Origin: Nemertoderma westbladi
Lineage: Eukaryota; Animalia; Xenacoelomorpha
DNA length: 34,835 nucleotides
NCBI GenBank assembly: GCA_032718475.1
Contig: JAUCBJ010007233.1
Coordinates: forward strand, 1-34,835
Direction of reading: 5' to 3'
The notes beneath the pieces are model-generated. The model saw only the letters and a program-made list of their open reading frames with translations, did not search any database and was not told where the DNA came from. Below are positions 1 through 12,195 of the stretch, in pieces (the stretch's first letter is position 1; the number at the start of each line of letters is the position of its first letter). The translations under genes were made by a program, and so were the position numbers.

Positions 1-363
1 TGGTAGGTTGCTCGGTTGAATGGATTGGTGACAGCCGTGGTAGAGTTGGTAATCGATTCGATATAATAGGGTAGTGTGGGGCTAGCCACGCGATGAGAGG
101 TTTGGGTACGCGAAGATGAATATGCTATGGTTGGTTGATGCAACGACACGAACCAATACTCGCGGGTGGTAACAGCTGTAGGAGTAAGGAGGGCATCGCG
201 AGGTTAGGCTACGCGTAGGTGATAGGCAGCGATTGGCTGAAGGCAACGACGCGAATCAATATTGATGGTGACAGATGGTCATTAAACACCTCGATTTAGC
301 ACCGGAATTTGGCATTTTTTAATTGCCTCCGAGATGTGGCCCGTAGCCCAGGCTAGGGAGGAG

Positions 364-822
364 TTATTGGAGGGCTATGCTTCTCCTACTACTCATGATA
401 TCTTCGATGGCTGCATCACCCCGGCCCCCAAGTGAATCGAAATATTGGAGTGTGGGTGGATGCAAAGATAGGATAGCAAGCGTCCAGTGGTTTCCCCCAA
501 TGTGGATGGGGAAGAGCAGGTGTTCCATTTGGAGTAAATTTGGCTTGGTCCAGTTAATAACTCCTTGAAAGCCACTTGAATGAAACCTGGTAAGGAAATG
601 GGTGGTGAAAACCTTCGCTTGATCTCTGGCATGGTGGATATTGATGTGGTATTGGGCTACCGCTTCAATGATATGGTCGGTGAGCCAACCTTTGGCGTTC
701 AGAGAAGCAATATCGTCTTGGGAGATGGAGATACCAGCTAGGGAGAAGGATTTGGTGGATCTGTGAGGCGGATCGTGCTTGAGGATGCTTTCGGAGCGGC
801 AAATGGTACTGTTGTCGTCCAT
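364..822 (-). pseudogene. Truncated Ulp1/SENP-family (peptidase C48) SUMO protease fragment, probably transposon-borne
   Basis: ORF contains the C48 motifs GWLTDHII, FTTHF, LLFPIHIGGNHWTLAIL (catalytic His) and YFDSLGG (catalytic Asp). I found no QxNxxDCG catalytic-Cys motif in the next ~150 nt in any minus-strand frame. Confidence 0.8.
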
Positions 823-994
823 GTCAGGGGCTGATTTTGGTTGTACGGTACTGTGAATGAATGGACATAAGAAAGGGGATAAATGGTACTTGGCAAATAG
901 GAATTAAGTAGACAAAAGATTAGCGACACTGTGATAATGAAATGATACGATAATCAAGATACGCATTAGGTAACAAACAGTAGAAAATGAGTAG

Positions 995-1435
995 TTAATT
1001 AGATAGACTCAGAATCAATAGCGGGCTAACAATAGTAGAAAACGAAATAACAATTGGTGGATAACATTAGGTGACAAACAGTAGAAGGTGAATAATTAAT
1101 TAATTAGATAGACTCAGAATCAATAGCGGGCTAACAGTGGTAGAAAACGAAATAACAATTGGTGGATAACGAAATGGTTGACTAAAATGATGATTGATTG
1201 ACAATACCGATACCTATAGAGACAATAGTGAGCTAACAATAATGAATAACGAAATAACAAAATAACGAAATGGTAGACTAAAATGATGATTGATTGACAA
1301 TACCGATACCTATAAAGACAATAGTGAGCTAACAATAATGAATAACGAAATAACAAAATAACGAAATGGTAGACTAAAATGATGGTTGATTGACAATACC
1401 GATAACTATAGTGACAATAGTGAGCTAACAATAAT
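995..1435. repeat. Short degenerate tandem repeats (~105-bp duplication followed by ~3 copies of a 96-bp unit)
   Basis: TAATTAGATAGACTCAGAATCAATAGCGGGCTAACA occurs twice. The unit ...GACAATAGTGAGCTAACAATAATGAATAACGAAATAACAAAATAACGAAATGG... recurs with a 96-bp period, seen as a 32-aa repeat in the spurious ORF 1120-1431. Confidence 0.8.
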
Positions 1436-1479
1436 TAATAATGAAAAAACAAATGGTGGAAAGCGGAATGTTGAGTATA

Positions 1480-2664
1480 TTGCTGATTGAATATACGGAT
1501 GCGAGTCGGATGGAGGTATGTAGCACCCACCGAGCAAAAGTTTAGGGAAACAAGTCAAAGACAGCCATATCTGCCCTTCCCTATCACAGTCGATCTATTT
1601 TACAAATGGTAGAAGATTTCGCTTCAGTAGTAGTAGTGCCCCTCCATGATGAGCCACAAGTTTTGAACGGTTCATAAAGCACTCATAACCTGCAACCACA
1701 ACTTTTCCAACAGTTTTAGTTTCGAACAAAAAAACGATATCAAAATCAGAGATCCTATTAATAATTATAGTATTATCTAGTTTATCCTTTAGTCCTGCAA
1801 TATTCCAGCTATATATTGGAACAGATTCTAAATTGTTCTGCCGTGCTGCGCAATCATAGCGTAGCTGCACATTAAACTTATCGATAACAATGCCGTCCCT
1901 TAACACCACTCGTCTCCTATAATCATAGCGGGTATCCGAGCCTTCATTATCAGCTTTCGATCGCTCATCACGAACACAATGACGTAACCGCGCTTCTTCC
2001 TTCCTTATTAGGGGGTGCTCATCCTTCTGAATATAAACTTTCGCGTAGGACTGAGAGTCCTTTAGATTCTTTGCAGATTTTAAAACATCTGTTCGCGTTT
2101 TCAGATTGCGGAAACGCACCAACAGGGGCCTGCACCTCGCGCTGCCTGTAACATTGTCGGGGTGGGTGTGGTTCCTGTTGCCTAGCCTTGACACTTCCAA
2201 TTCATCTGCCGCGGTAGAACAATTTATAGATTGAAGAATAGATTTCACTCGATCTTTGTCTCCCGCGTCAGCTTCGGATTCATCTTCATTCAGGTTATGA
2301 CTACACTCCTTGGAATCAGCATCATCCAGGTACGTCTGCTGGGTATTGATGATCTTATAAGCCTGGCGAGGTCTTTTGATAGTTTATTGACAGTCTATTT
2401 AAGCGCGGAGATTTGCCGGACCTCCTCGCAAAGAACCTCGATCTCACGCAGGATATTTTCAAGTCCACCATTAATTCCACCATCGTGATCGTGGGACGAG
2501 GCGATGGTACCACCGTTGCTTGGTCCTGCACTCCTGTTTAAACCTAACGCCGATTTCAATTGCGCATTAGTCCGTTTGTTTCTTTGAGTGTCAGATAACA
2601 CTCGAACATCATCTAGAGTATTGATTGTTACGGAGACCGACTTTTTCGATTTTTATTGTGCCAT
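1480..2664 (-). pseudogene. 5' remnant of an APE-type non-LTR retrotransposon (ORF1-like RRM/C-terminal domain running into the endonuclease N-terminus)
   Basis: ATG at 2664 is in frame with ORF 2395-2601. ORF1-type motifs RLG...RPLLVRF...VYIQKD are followed in frame by APE motifs SWNIAGL, DIVFLFETK, HGGALLL and, past a stop at 1595, GGCYIPPSDS. Several stops or frameshifts; no RT domain present. Confidence 0.75.
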
Positions 2665-3213
2665 TTACAATAATTAATTATATTTACTGTAGTCTGGCAG
2701 TCCATAGTCAGGCCGTCAGTACAGTGAGAAGTATACATTCGATTGAGTTAGTGGTACCTGTATGCTTCCTGATTATGATTCCTTAAAATTTTACTAACAT
2801 TGAGTTGTATCAGTTCGTTGTGGGTGGTATCATTCATATAAAAGTGAGATATAATACACTGCCATGCCCCAGCACGACAAGGAGTGTTCTACAGTAATTG
2901 CACCAAAATAATATCAAAACTTACAAATATGACACATATTATATTAGGCCATATATACACGTGGCAATATATATGCCATATACAATAATATGTCGCAATT
3001 CGTAAGAATACAATACGTTAATTAAAATAAATATAATAATTAGGATTTGGCCTCCCCTACTCCCCTACAGCCAATCCCATGAAATTCCCATTCCCATGTT
3101 GAAGTTTCTGACTTACTATTATCGGCAGCCAGTTTGATTTCGGACAGTATGCTTGTTTCCATGGTAATGCACCGCTGTAATAGAACCCCGGAAACAGCCC
3201 CTTCGGGTCCAAG

Positions 3214-5048
3214 TTATAGCAGGAACTCGTTGGGTAACTGCCCGGCCACGGATTTTATCCAATCTATTTCAGTCAACTGTTCGGCTGTGGGCTTACACCG
3301 GCGCCGGATGGTTTCATGGATTGGGAATAGTAAGTACAGTCCCTTCTTTAAGCGAACTCTAGAGAACCCCACATAGGATCCTTGCCCGTTAAAGCCACTG
3401 AAGCGCCCCGCATTCCATTGCCCAATGATTAGGACAATAAGTGTCAGTCCTTGGACTTTGTATACAGTTAACGAATACGCTGGAGACATGGGTATCTGAC
3501 GCATATTCGTTATGCGGAATTGTAGGTGTTGTCCAAGTTTAATCCAGATAGTTTCTCAGAAACTTCAACCCTAACTCCCTTCCAGATAGTTTCTCAGAAA
3601 CTTCAACCATAACTTCCTTCCAGATAATTTCTCAAGTGTGGGGAAATCTGCGAGTGTCGCATGTACTCTAGTCAATGGGGTTGAGCAGACTCTAGGTAGC
3701 TGTAGAAAGTCCCCACAACAGACAACATGGAAACCGCCAAAGATGGATTCCTTCTCATCCGATATTTTGCATAAGGTAGAGTTAATCTTTTCGAAGAGAT
3801 TTGCTCCCACCATGGATATCTCGTTGATGATAATGAGGATTACTCCATCATAGCATTTTCTTAAAGCTGTAAGTTGACGGCGTGAAAGCAGTTTCTGACC
3901 CCTACGGAAGACTGGTATGTGCAGGGATCGATGTATTGTACTTCCTCCAATGGAAACGGCACTGATTCCTGTTGGAGCCATAATCTTTACAGCTCCGGGT
4001 TTCCACATGTCTGTGAGTTTTTTCCACCGCGTTCATCACGCGGCTTTTCCCAGTTCCCCCTTCGCTAGCCAGGTGAATTCGTAGCTGGGTATCAGAAGTC
4101 CCACAGATACCCCTGAGAAGAGCTTTGCCAATAATGCGATAATGCATCCAGTTGATCTCCTGTCAATCCTTCAACCTTTGCCACATTATTTAGGTCGGGG
4201 CAAATTGCAGTTCCTTCTTTAATTGAAGTCATTGCCTGTGGTGACAACCTGACAGCCTGACGTGTAGGAAAGTTATCATCAAACTGCCAACAATGGTTTG
4301 AGGATTATCAACCTGAATCATGTGATTGTCGATAGCATCCTGGATATCCGCCAATGAGGTCCGAGAGCCGTTAATGGAAGACGCATTATGCCAGTTTGAC
4401 ATTGGTTGGGCTTCCACTGAAGGTAGTTGGGTGTCATTCACAGCATCACTTCCAAATCCCAACGACTCCGACTTCTGCCACAGTTTTGGAAATTAACCGG
4501 CTAATATGCAGAGTTGATAAACCAATATCGGCATTTTCCTCATCCTCATCTGAATGACAATTTGGGTTGTTTTCCATTTCTTGTTCATCAATGGGATTAT
4601 CATTGTCACAACCATCATCATTCTGTGATGAAAGATCTCTCAGTACGCGTTGTTGTTCATTGGCTTCCTCCTGTCCAATGTAATACTGCTGCATGTGTTC
4701 TAACAACAGCGGTATAGAATCAGCTCCATGCCAAGATGACATCGAATCCCACCAAGATTGACCATTTGAAGGAATGAGGTCGTGTGAAGATTGGAAAGGC
4801 TTGGTCAGGATTAAGGCAAGTTGAGCGTATTTATCATGTTCCAATTCATTCCGTCTATCAGGCAACCGCGGGCCAATTATATCCGGAATTACATTGGTTT
4901 TTCGTTTAACAACACCGTGAGTCAATCGTTGTAGGTGTAGGATTCTGAATTGGATAATTTCACCTGTTTTCCCCGCAATAGAGACCTTTTCATACTGCTC
5001 CACAAACTCATACAGATATTTCCTGTTTGCTACTGATCGTATACACAA
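3214..5048 (-). pseudogene. Decayed Helitron (Helitron2/Helentron-like) RepHel: PIF1-family helicase fragments
   Basis: Ordered motifs across frameshifted ORFs: YAQLALILTKPF (pre-helicase), EGGTGKSRV (Walker A), MAPTGISAVSIGGSTIH, IIINEISMVG (Walker B, D>N), FGGFHVVCCGDFLQLP, QIPMSPAYSLTVYKVQGLTL and SYVGFSRVR. The central helicase part and the Rep domain are missing. Confidence 0.85.
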
Positions 5049-5199
5049 TGCTGTTAATTATCCATTATATATATATTTCAATATAGCATTCATTTACTAG
5101 GACCTCCGTAATCATTTCTTTTTCATGAGCACACCAGTTGGTGTTTCTATCATTGAGTCTATTTGAGTCAATGGCAATTTTCGTGTTATGGGGCTATTT

Positions 5200-5360
5200 T
5201 TCGAAATAAAACAAGTTGAGATGTTTCAATTTAAACCGCGATATTACAAAGTACCCATAAAAATTTCGTCAAAATCGTTAGAGAGCCGTTTTTGTTCTAG
5301 GTCAGTAGCCAGTAGCTGTTTTTCTTACAGTAATCAAGTCTAACGACTTGCTAACTATTT
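5200..5360 (+). mobile_element. Possible 3' end of a non-autonomous Helentron (DINE/HINE-like) fragment
   Basis: AAATTTCGTCAAAATCGTTAGAGAGCCGTTT core-like motif, then a short hairpin CAAGTC-TAAC-GACTTG (5335-5350) and a T-rich flank. Resemblance judged by eye only. Confidence 0.35.
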
Positions 5361-5387
5361 ATTATTATTATAATTTTTAAATTATTT

Positions 5388-5520
5388 GGATCGGAATTGT
5401 CCTATGTTGGATCCGGACAATTCCGACCCATGAACATTTAATTCAGTCTTTGAATGGGTCGGAATTGTCCGGGTCGCAATTGTCCGGGTCTGAATTGTCC
5501 GGGTCGGAATTGTCCGTCGA
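5388..5520. repeat. MITE-like remnant with inverted and tandem 15-bp GGGTCGGAATTGTCC units
   Basis: GGACAATTCCGACCC (~5416-5430) is the reverse complement of four tandem GGGTCGGAATTGTCC-like units (~5456-5515). Confidence 0.6.
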
Positions 5521-5920
5521 CTTTCCCCTGGATATGAGAGGGATAGAATTTGATTGTGTCGAATCCCCCCCCCCCCCCCCCCCCCCCCCCTATATGATCA
5601 TCTGGGGGGGTAAATTTAAGGAATCATAGCAACGGTCGACGATGAGTTAATTTCCAATGTCAGGTATAATTATCTTGAAATGAATTCATTGAAAAGGTCA
5701 ACAGGATTAACCTCAGCAAAATAGTTATAATATTAAATATATATAAATATATAATAAAAATAAATATCAAATATGTGAAGTACTTTACGTTAGGGTTAGA
5801 TCTAATTATCTCCTTATTTCTGGAGCATTATTTGTGTCGTAAGAGTAATAATGGTAATTAGTAGCAGCAATGTAAATAATCAACCACATTATTACATTCA
5901 TATCGGAATATGGAATATCT

Positions 5921-6497
5921 AGAGACCCGGGATGTAACAATGCCCGCATTATCGAGAGACCCGGGATGTAACAATACCCGCATTATCGAGAGACCCGGGA
6001 TGTAACAATACCCGCATTATCGAGAGACCCGGGATGTAACAATGCCCGCATTATCGAGAGACCCGGGATGTAACAATGCCCGCATTATCGAGAGACCCGG
6101 GATGTAACAATGCCCGCATTATCGAGAGACCCGGGATGTAACAATGCCCGCATTATCGAGAGACCCGGGATGTAACAATGCCCGCATTATCGAGAGACCC
6201 GGGATGTAACAATGCCCGCATTATCGAGAGACCCGGGATGTAACAATGCCCGCATTATCGAGAGACCCGGGATGTAACAATACCCGCATTATCGAGAGAC
6301 CCGGGATGTAACAATGCCCGCATTATCGAGAGACCCGGGATGTAACAATGCCCGCATTATCGAGAGACCCGGGATGTAACAATGCCCGCATTATCGAGAG
6401 ACCCGGGATGTAACAATACCCGCATTATCGAGAGACACGGGATGTAACAATACCCGCATTATCGAGAGACCCGGGATGTAACAATACCCGCATTATC
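5921..6497. repeat. Tandem array, 34-bp unit AGAGACCCGGGATGTAACAAT(G/A)CCCGCATTATCG, ~17 copies
   Basis: Near-identical copies read directly. Essentially one polymorphic site (G/A). Confidence 0.97.
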
Positions 6498-7207
6498 CCA
6501 GCATATTAACATTCTTACATTTAACAATACTCACAGATTCCAACAGTTTGGCTATAGACAAACATTGAGATATTTATATTTATAGATGGTGTAAAATAAT
6601 ATTCTAGAAGTCCGTGTATTGGTGTAGGCCGTCCAGAATTCTGCAATGTTTGCGAAACTCCACTTTTCGCATTGATAAATAATATTAATAAAGTTTCTGA
6701 AATTTCATAAAAACAGCGACGTTTGCGAAATTTCGCGATTTTCGTCAAAGAAATTTTCAAAATCGTTGCCCAAATGTCATTGAGACAGTCATGGCGACGG
6801 CAGAGGGGATGGACAATGTGGAAAACCGGCAGAAGATTCCATTAAATAAAACAAAGTTATTGAACTAACAAAATGATCCCGAAATATATTTACTAATATC
6901 TAACAGTTAGTTATATTGAGAAGATTATAGCACCAGAAATATTGAGAAATAATATAGGTCCCGTAATATAGTGAATTATTAACTAAAAACTACAATATAA
7001 ATATTAGAATAAATAGATAGTTTTATGTTATATTTAAAATATAATTATAAACGAGTTATGTGATAAATATTATGGCTAAATATTAAAGTATTACTTAATA
7101 AATTAGAGAGCTAATTAATATCAAGTTTATTGTTATTTTTAGTGCTGCGAACTAGCGTTTAAACGAGATCCCTATCCCGAAAAACCGGGATCCCGGCAAA
7201 AATTGCA

Positions 7208-10200
7208 ATCCCGGCCACGATCCCGACTTTTTTGGACCGGGATCCCGGCCACGATCCCGACTTTTTTGGACCGGGATCCCGGCCACGATCCCGACTTTTT
7301 TGGACCGGGATCCCGGCCACGATCCCGGCCACGATCCCGACTTTTTTGGACCGGGATCCCGGCCACGATCCCGGCCACGATCCCGACTTTTTTGGACCGG
7401 GATCCCGGCCACGACCCCGACTTTTTTGGACCGGGATCCCGGCCACGATCCCGACTTTTTTGGACCGGGATCCCGGCCACGATCCCGACTTTTTTGGACC
7501 GGGATCCCGGCCACGATCCCGGCCACGATCCCGACTTTTTTGGACCGGGATCCCGGCCACGATCCCGGCCACGATCCCGACTTTTTTGGACCGGGATCCC
7601 GGCCACGACCCCGACTTTTTTGGACCGGGATCCCGGCCACGATCCCGACTTTTTTGGACCGGGATCCCGGCCACGATCCCGGCCACGATCCCGATTTTTT
7701 GGACCGGGATCCCGGCCACGACCCCGACTTTTTTGGACCGGGATCCCGGCCACGATCCCGGCCACGATCCCGACTTTTTTGGACCGGGATCCCGGCCACG
7801 ACCCCGACTTTTTTGGACCGGGATCCCGGCCACGACCCCGACTTTTTTGGACCGGGATCCCGGCCACGACCCCGACTTTTTTGGACCGGGATCCCGGCCA
7901 CGACCCTGACTTTTTTGGACCGGGATCCCGGCCACGACCCCGACTTTTTTGGACCGGGATCCCGGCCACGGCCCCGACTTTTTTGGACCGGGATCCCGGC
8001 CACGATCCCGACTTTTTTGGACCGGGATCCCGGCCACGGCCCCGACTTTTTTGGACCGGGATCCCGGCCACGATCCCGACTTTTTTGGACCGGGATCCCG
8101 GCCACGACCCCGACTTTTTTGGACCGGGATCCCGGCCACGACCCCGACTTTTTTGGACCGGGATCCCGGCCACGACCCCGACTTTTTTGGACCGGGATCC
8201 CGGCCACGGCCCCGACTTTTTTGGACCGGGATCCCGGCCACGACCCCGACTTTTTTGGACCGGGATCCCGGCCACGGCCCCGACTTTTTTGGACCGGGAT
8301 CCCGGCCACGATCCCGACTTTTTTGGACCGGGATCCCGGCCACGACCCCGACTTTTTTGGACCGGGATCCCGGCCACGACCCCGACTTTTTTGGACCGGG
8401 ATCCCGGCCACGACCCCGACTTTTTTGGACCGGGATCCCGGCCACGACCCCGACTTTTTTGGACCGGGATCCCGGCCACGACCCCGACTTTTTTGGACCG
8501 GGATCCCGGCCACGACCCCGACTTTTTTGGACCGGGATCCCGGCCACGATCCCGACTTTTTTGGACCGGGATCCCGGCCACGACCCCGACTTTTTTGGAC
8601 CGGGATCCCGGCCACGACCCCGACTTTTTTGGACCGGGATCCCGGCCACGGCCCCGACTTTTTTGGACCGGGATCCCGGCCACGATCCCGACTTTTTTGG
8701 ACCGGGATCCCGGCCACGATCCCGGCCACGATCCCGACTTTTTTGGACCGGGATCCCGGCCACGATCCCGGCCACGACCCCGACTTTTTTGGACCGGGAT
8801 CCCGGCCACGATCCCGACTTTTGGACCGGGATCCCGGCCACGACCCCGACTTTTTTGGACCGGGATCCCGGCCACGACCCCGACTTTTTTGGACCGGGAT
8901 CCCGGCCACGATCCCGACTTTTTTGGACCGGGATCCCGGCCACGATCCCGACTTTTTTGGACCGGGATCCCGGCCACGATCCCGACTTTTTTGGACCGGG
9001 ATCCCGGCCACGATCCCGACTTTTTTGGACCGGGATCCCGGCCACGACCCCGACTTTTTTGGACCGGGATCCCGGCCACGATCCCGACTTTTTTGGACCG
9101 GGATCCCGGCCACGATCCCGACTTTTTTGGACCGGGATCCCGGCCACGATCCCGACTTTTTTGGACCGGGATCCCGGCCACGATCCCGACTTTTTTGGAC
9201 CGGGATCCCGGCCACGATCCCGGCCACGATCCCGACTTTTTTGGACCGGGATCCCGGCCACGATCCCGGCCACGATCCCGACTTTTTTGGACCGGGATCC
9301 CGGCCACGACCCCGACTTTTTCGGACCGGGATCCCGGCCACGATCCCGACTTTTTTGGACCGGGATCCCGGCCACGATCCCGGCCACGATCCCGACTTTT
9401 TTGGACCGGGATCCCGGCCACGATCCCGGCCACGATCCCGACTTTTTTGGACCGGGATCCCGGCCACGATCCCGGCCACGATCCCGACTTTTTTGGACCG
9501 GGATCCCGGCCACGACCCCGACTTTTTTGGACCGGGATCCCGGCCACGACCCCGACTTTTTTGGACCGGGATCCCGGCCACGACCCCGACTTTTTTGGAC
9601 CGGGATCCCGGCCACGATCCCGGCCACGATCCCGGCCACGATCCCGACTTTTTTGGACCGGGATCCCGGCCACGATCCCGGCCACGATCCCGACTTTTTT
9701 GGACCGGGATCCCGGCCACGATCCCGGCCACGATCCCGACTTTTTTGGACCGGGATCCCGGCCACGATCCCGGCCACGATCCCGACTTTTTTGGACCGGG
9801 ATCCCGGCCACGACCCCGACTTTTTTGGACCGGGATCCCGGCCACGATCCCGACTTTTTTGGACCGGGATCCCGGCCACGATCCCGGCCACGATCCCGAC
9901 TTTTTTGGACCGGGATCCCGGCCACGATCCCGACTTTTTTGGACCGGGATCCCGGCCACGATCCCGGCCACGATCCCGACTTTTTTGGACCGGGATCCCG
10001 GCCACGATCCCGGCCACGATCCCGACTTTTTTGGACCGGGATCCCGGCCACGACCCCGACTTTTTTGGACCGGGATCCCGGCCACGATCCCGACTTTTTT
10101 GGACCGGGATCCCGGCCACGATCCCGGCCACGATCCCGACTTTTTTGGACCGGGATCCCGGCCACGACCCCGACTTTTTTGGACCGGGATCCCGGCCACG

Positions 10201-11318
10201 ACCCCGACTTTTTTGGACCGGGATCCCGGCCACGACCCCGACTTTTTTGGACCGGGATCCCGGCCACGATCCCGACTTTTTTGGACCGGGATCCCGGCCA
10301 CGACCCCGACTTTTTTGGACCGGGATCCCGGCCACGACCCCGACTTTTTTGGACCGGGATCCCGGCCACGACCCCGACTTTTTTGGACCGGGATCCCGGC
10401 CACGACCCCGACTTTTTTGGACCGGGATCCCGGCCACGACCCCGACTTTTTTGGACCGGGATCCCGGCCACGACCCCGACTTTTTTGGACCGGGATCCCG
10501 GCCACGACCCCGACTCTTTTGGACCGGGATCCCGGCCACGACCCCGACTTTTTTGGACCGGGATCCCGGCCACGATCCCGACGTCCCGGGACCGGGATCC
10601 CGGCCACGACCCCGACTTTTTTGGACCGGGATCCCGGCCACGATCCCGGCCACGATCCCGGCCACGATCCCGGCCACGATCCCGACTTTTTTGGACCGGG
10701 ATCCCGGCCACGATCCCGACTTTTTTGGACCGGGATCCCGGCCACGACCCCGACTTTTTTGGACCGGGATCCCGGCCACGATCCCGACTTTTTTGGACCG
10801 GGATCCCGGCCACGACCCCGACTTTTTTGGACCGGGATCCCGGCCACGACCCCGACTTTTTTGGACCGGGATCCCGGCCACGATCCCGACTTTTTGGACC
10901 GGGATCCCGGCCACGATCCCGGCCACGATCCCGGCCACGATCCCGGCCACGACCCGCCACGTCCCGGCCACGATCCCGGCCACGATCCCGACTTTTTTGG
11001 ACCGGGATCCCGGCCACGATCCCGACTTTTTTGGACCGGGATCCCGGCCACGACCCCGACTTTTTTGGACCGGGATCCCGGCCACGATCCCGACTTTTTT
11101 GGACCGGGATCCCGGCCACGACCCCGACTTTTTTGGACCGGGATCCCGGCCACGATCCCGACTTTTTTGGACCGGGATCCCGGCCACGACCCCGACTTTT
11201 TTGGACCGGGATCCCGGCCACGATCCCGACTTTTTTGGACCGGGATCCCGGCCACGACCCCGACTTTTTTGGACCGGGATCCCGGCCACGACCCCGACTT
11301 TTTTGGACCGGGATCCCG
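7208..11318. repeat. GC-rich satellite, 34-bp unit GATCCCGGCCACGA(T/C)CCCGACTTTTTTGGACCGG with 12-bp GATCCCGGCCAC slippage variants, ~110 copies
   Basis: Read directly. The unit has no stop codons, so all six frames are open. Confidence 0.98.
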
Positions 11319-11540
11319 AAGAAAATATAATTAAGTAAATTTATTGATATTCGATAAATAGTTCCAGCAGAAAGGAAATGTTTTGATTATATCGAATTTT
11401 TATGTCAGTTACCAGCCAGTAATCAATTCCAAAATAATTTTAATATAACTTTATCTTACTAATATTTCAGAAGTGTAAGATAAAGTGAGTGATACCAAAA
11501 ACACGCCATATATAAAATTAACTTTAAGGAAATTGATGCA

Positions 11541-12195
11541 ATCCCGATCCCGAAATACGGGAGCCCGAGAGTGATAATCCCGGTCCCGATCCCGATCCCG
11601 AAATACGGGATCCCGAGAGTGATAATCCCGGTCCCAATCCCGATCCCGAAATACGGGATCCCGAGAGTGATAATCCCGGTCCCAATCCCGATCCCGAAAT
11701 ACGGGATCCCGAGAGTGATAATCCCGGTCCCAATCCCGATCCCGAAATACGGGATCCCGAGAGTGATAATCCCGGTCCCAATCCCGATCCCGAAATACGG
11801 GCTCCCGAGAGTGATAATCCCGGTCCCAATCCCGATCCCGAAATACGGGATCCCGAGAGTGATAATCCCGGTCCCAATCCCGATCCCGAAATACGGGATC
11901 CCGAGAGTGATAATCCCGGTCCCAATCCCGATCCCGAAATACGGGATCCCGAGAGTGATAATCCCGGTCCCAATCCCGATCCCGAAATACGGGATCCCGA
12001 GAGTGATAATCCCGGTCCCGATCCCGAGAGTGATAATCCCGGTCCCGATCCCGAAATACGGGATCCCGAGAGTGATAATCCCGGTCCCGATCCCGAAATA
12101 CGGGATCCCGAGAGTGATAATCCCGGTCCCAATCCCGATCCCGAAATACGGGATCCCGAGAGTGATAATCCCGGTGCCGATCCCGACCCCGATCC
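11541..12195. repeat. Tandem array, 48-bp unit ATCCCGAAATACGGGATCCCGAGAGTGATAATCCCGGTCCCAATCCCG, ~14 copies
   Basis: Read directly. 16-aa periodicity in the overlapping spurious ORFs; built from ATCCCG hexamers. Confidence 0.97.

Noticed and set aside
3214-5048. Host PIF1 helicase gene with introns
   Set aside because: The breaks are frameshifts and stops, Walker B is mutated, and the upstream LILTKPF segment is of RepHel type.
364-5048. Helentron-encoded endonuclease fused to the helicase
   Set aside because: The endonuclease is preceded by a LINE ORF1-type domain with its own ATG and is separated from the helicase stop by ~550 bp of non-coding DNA.
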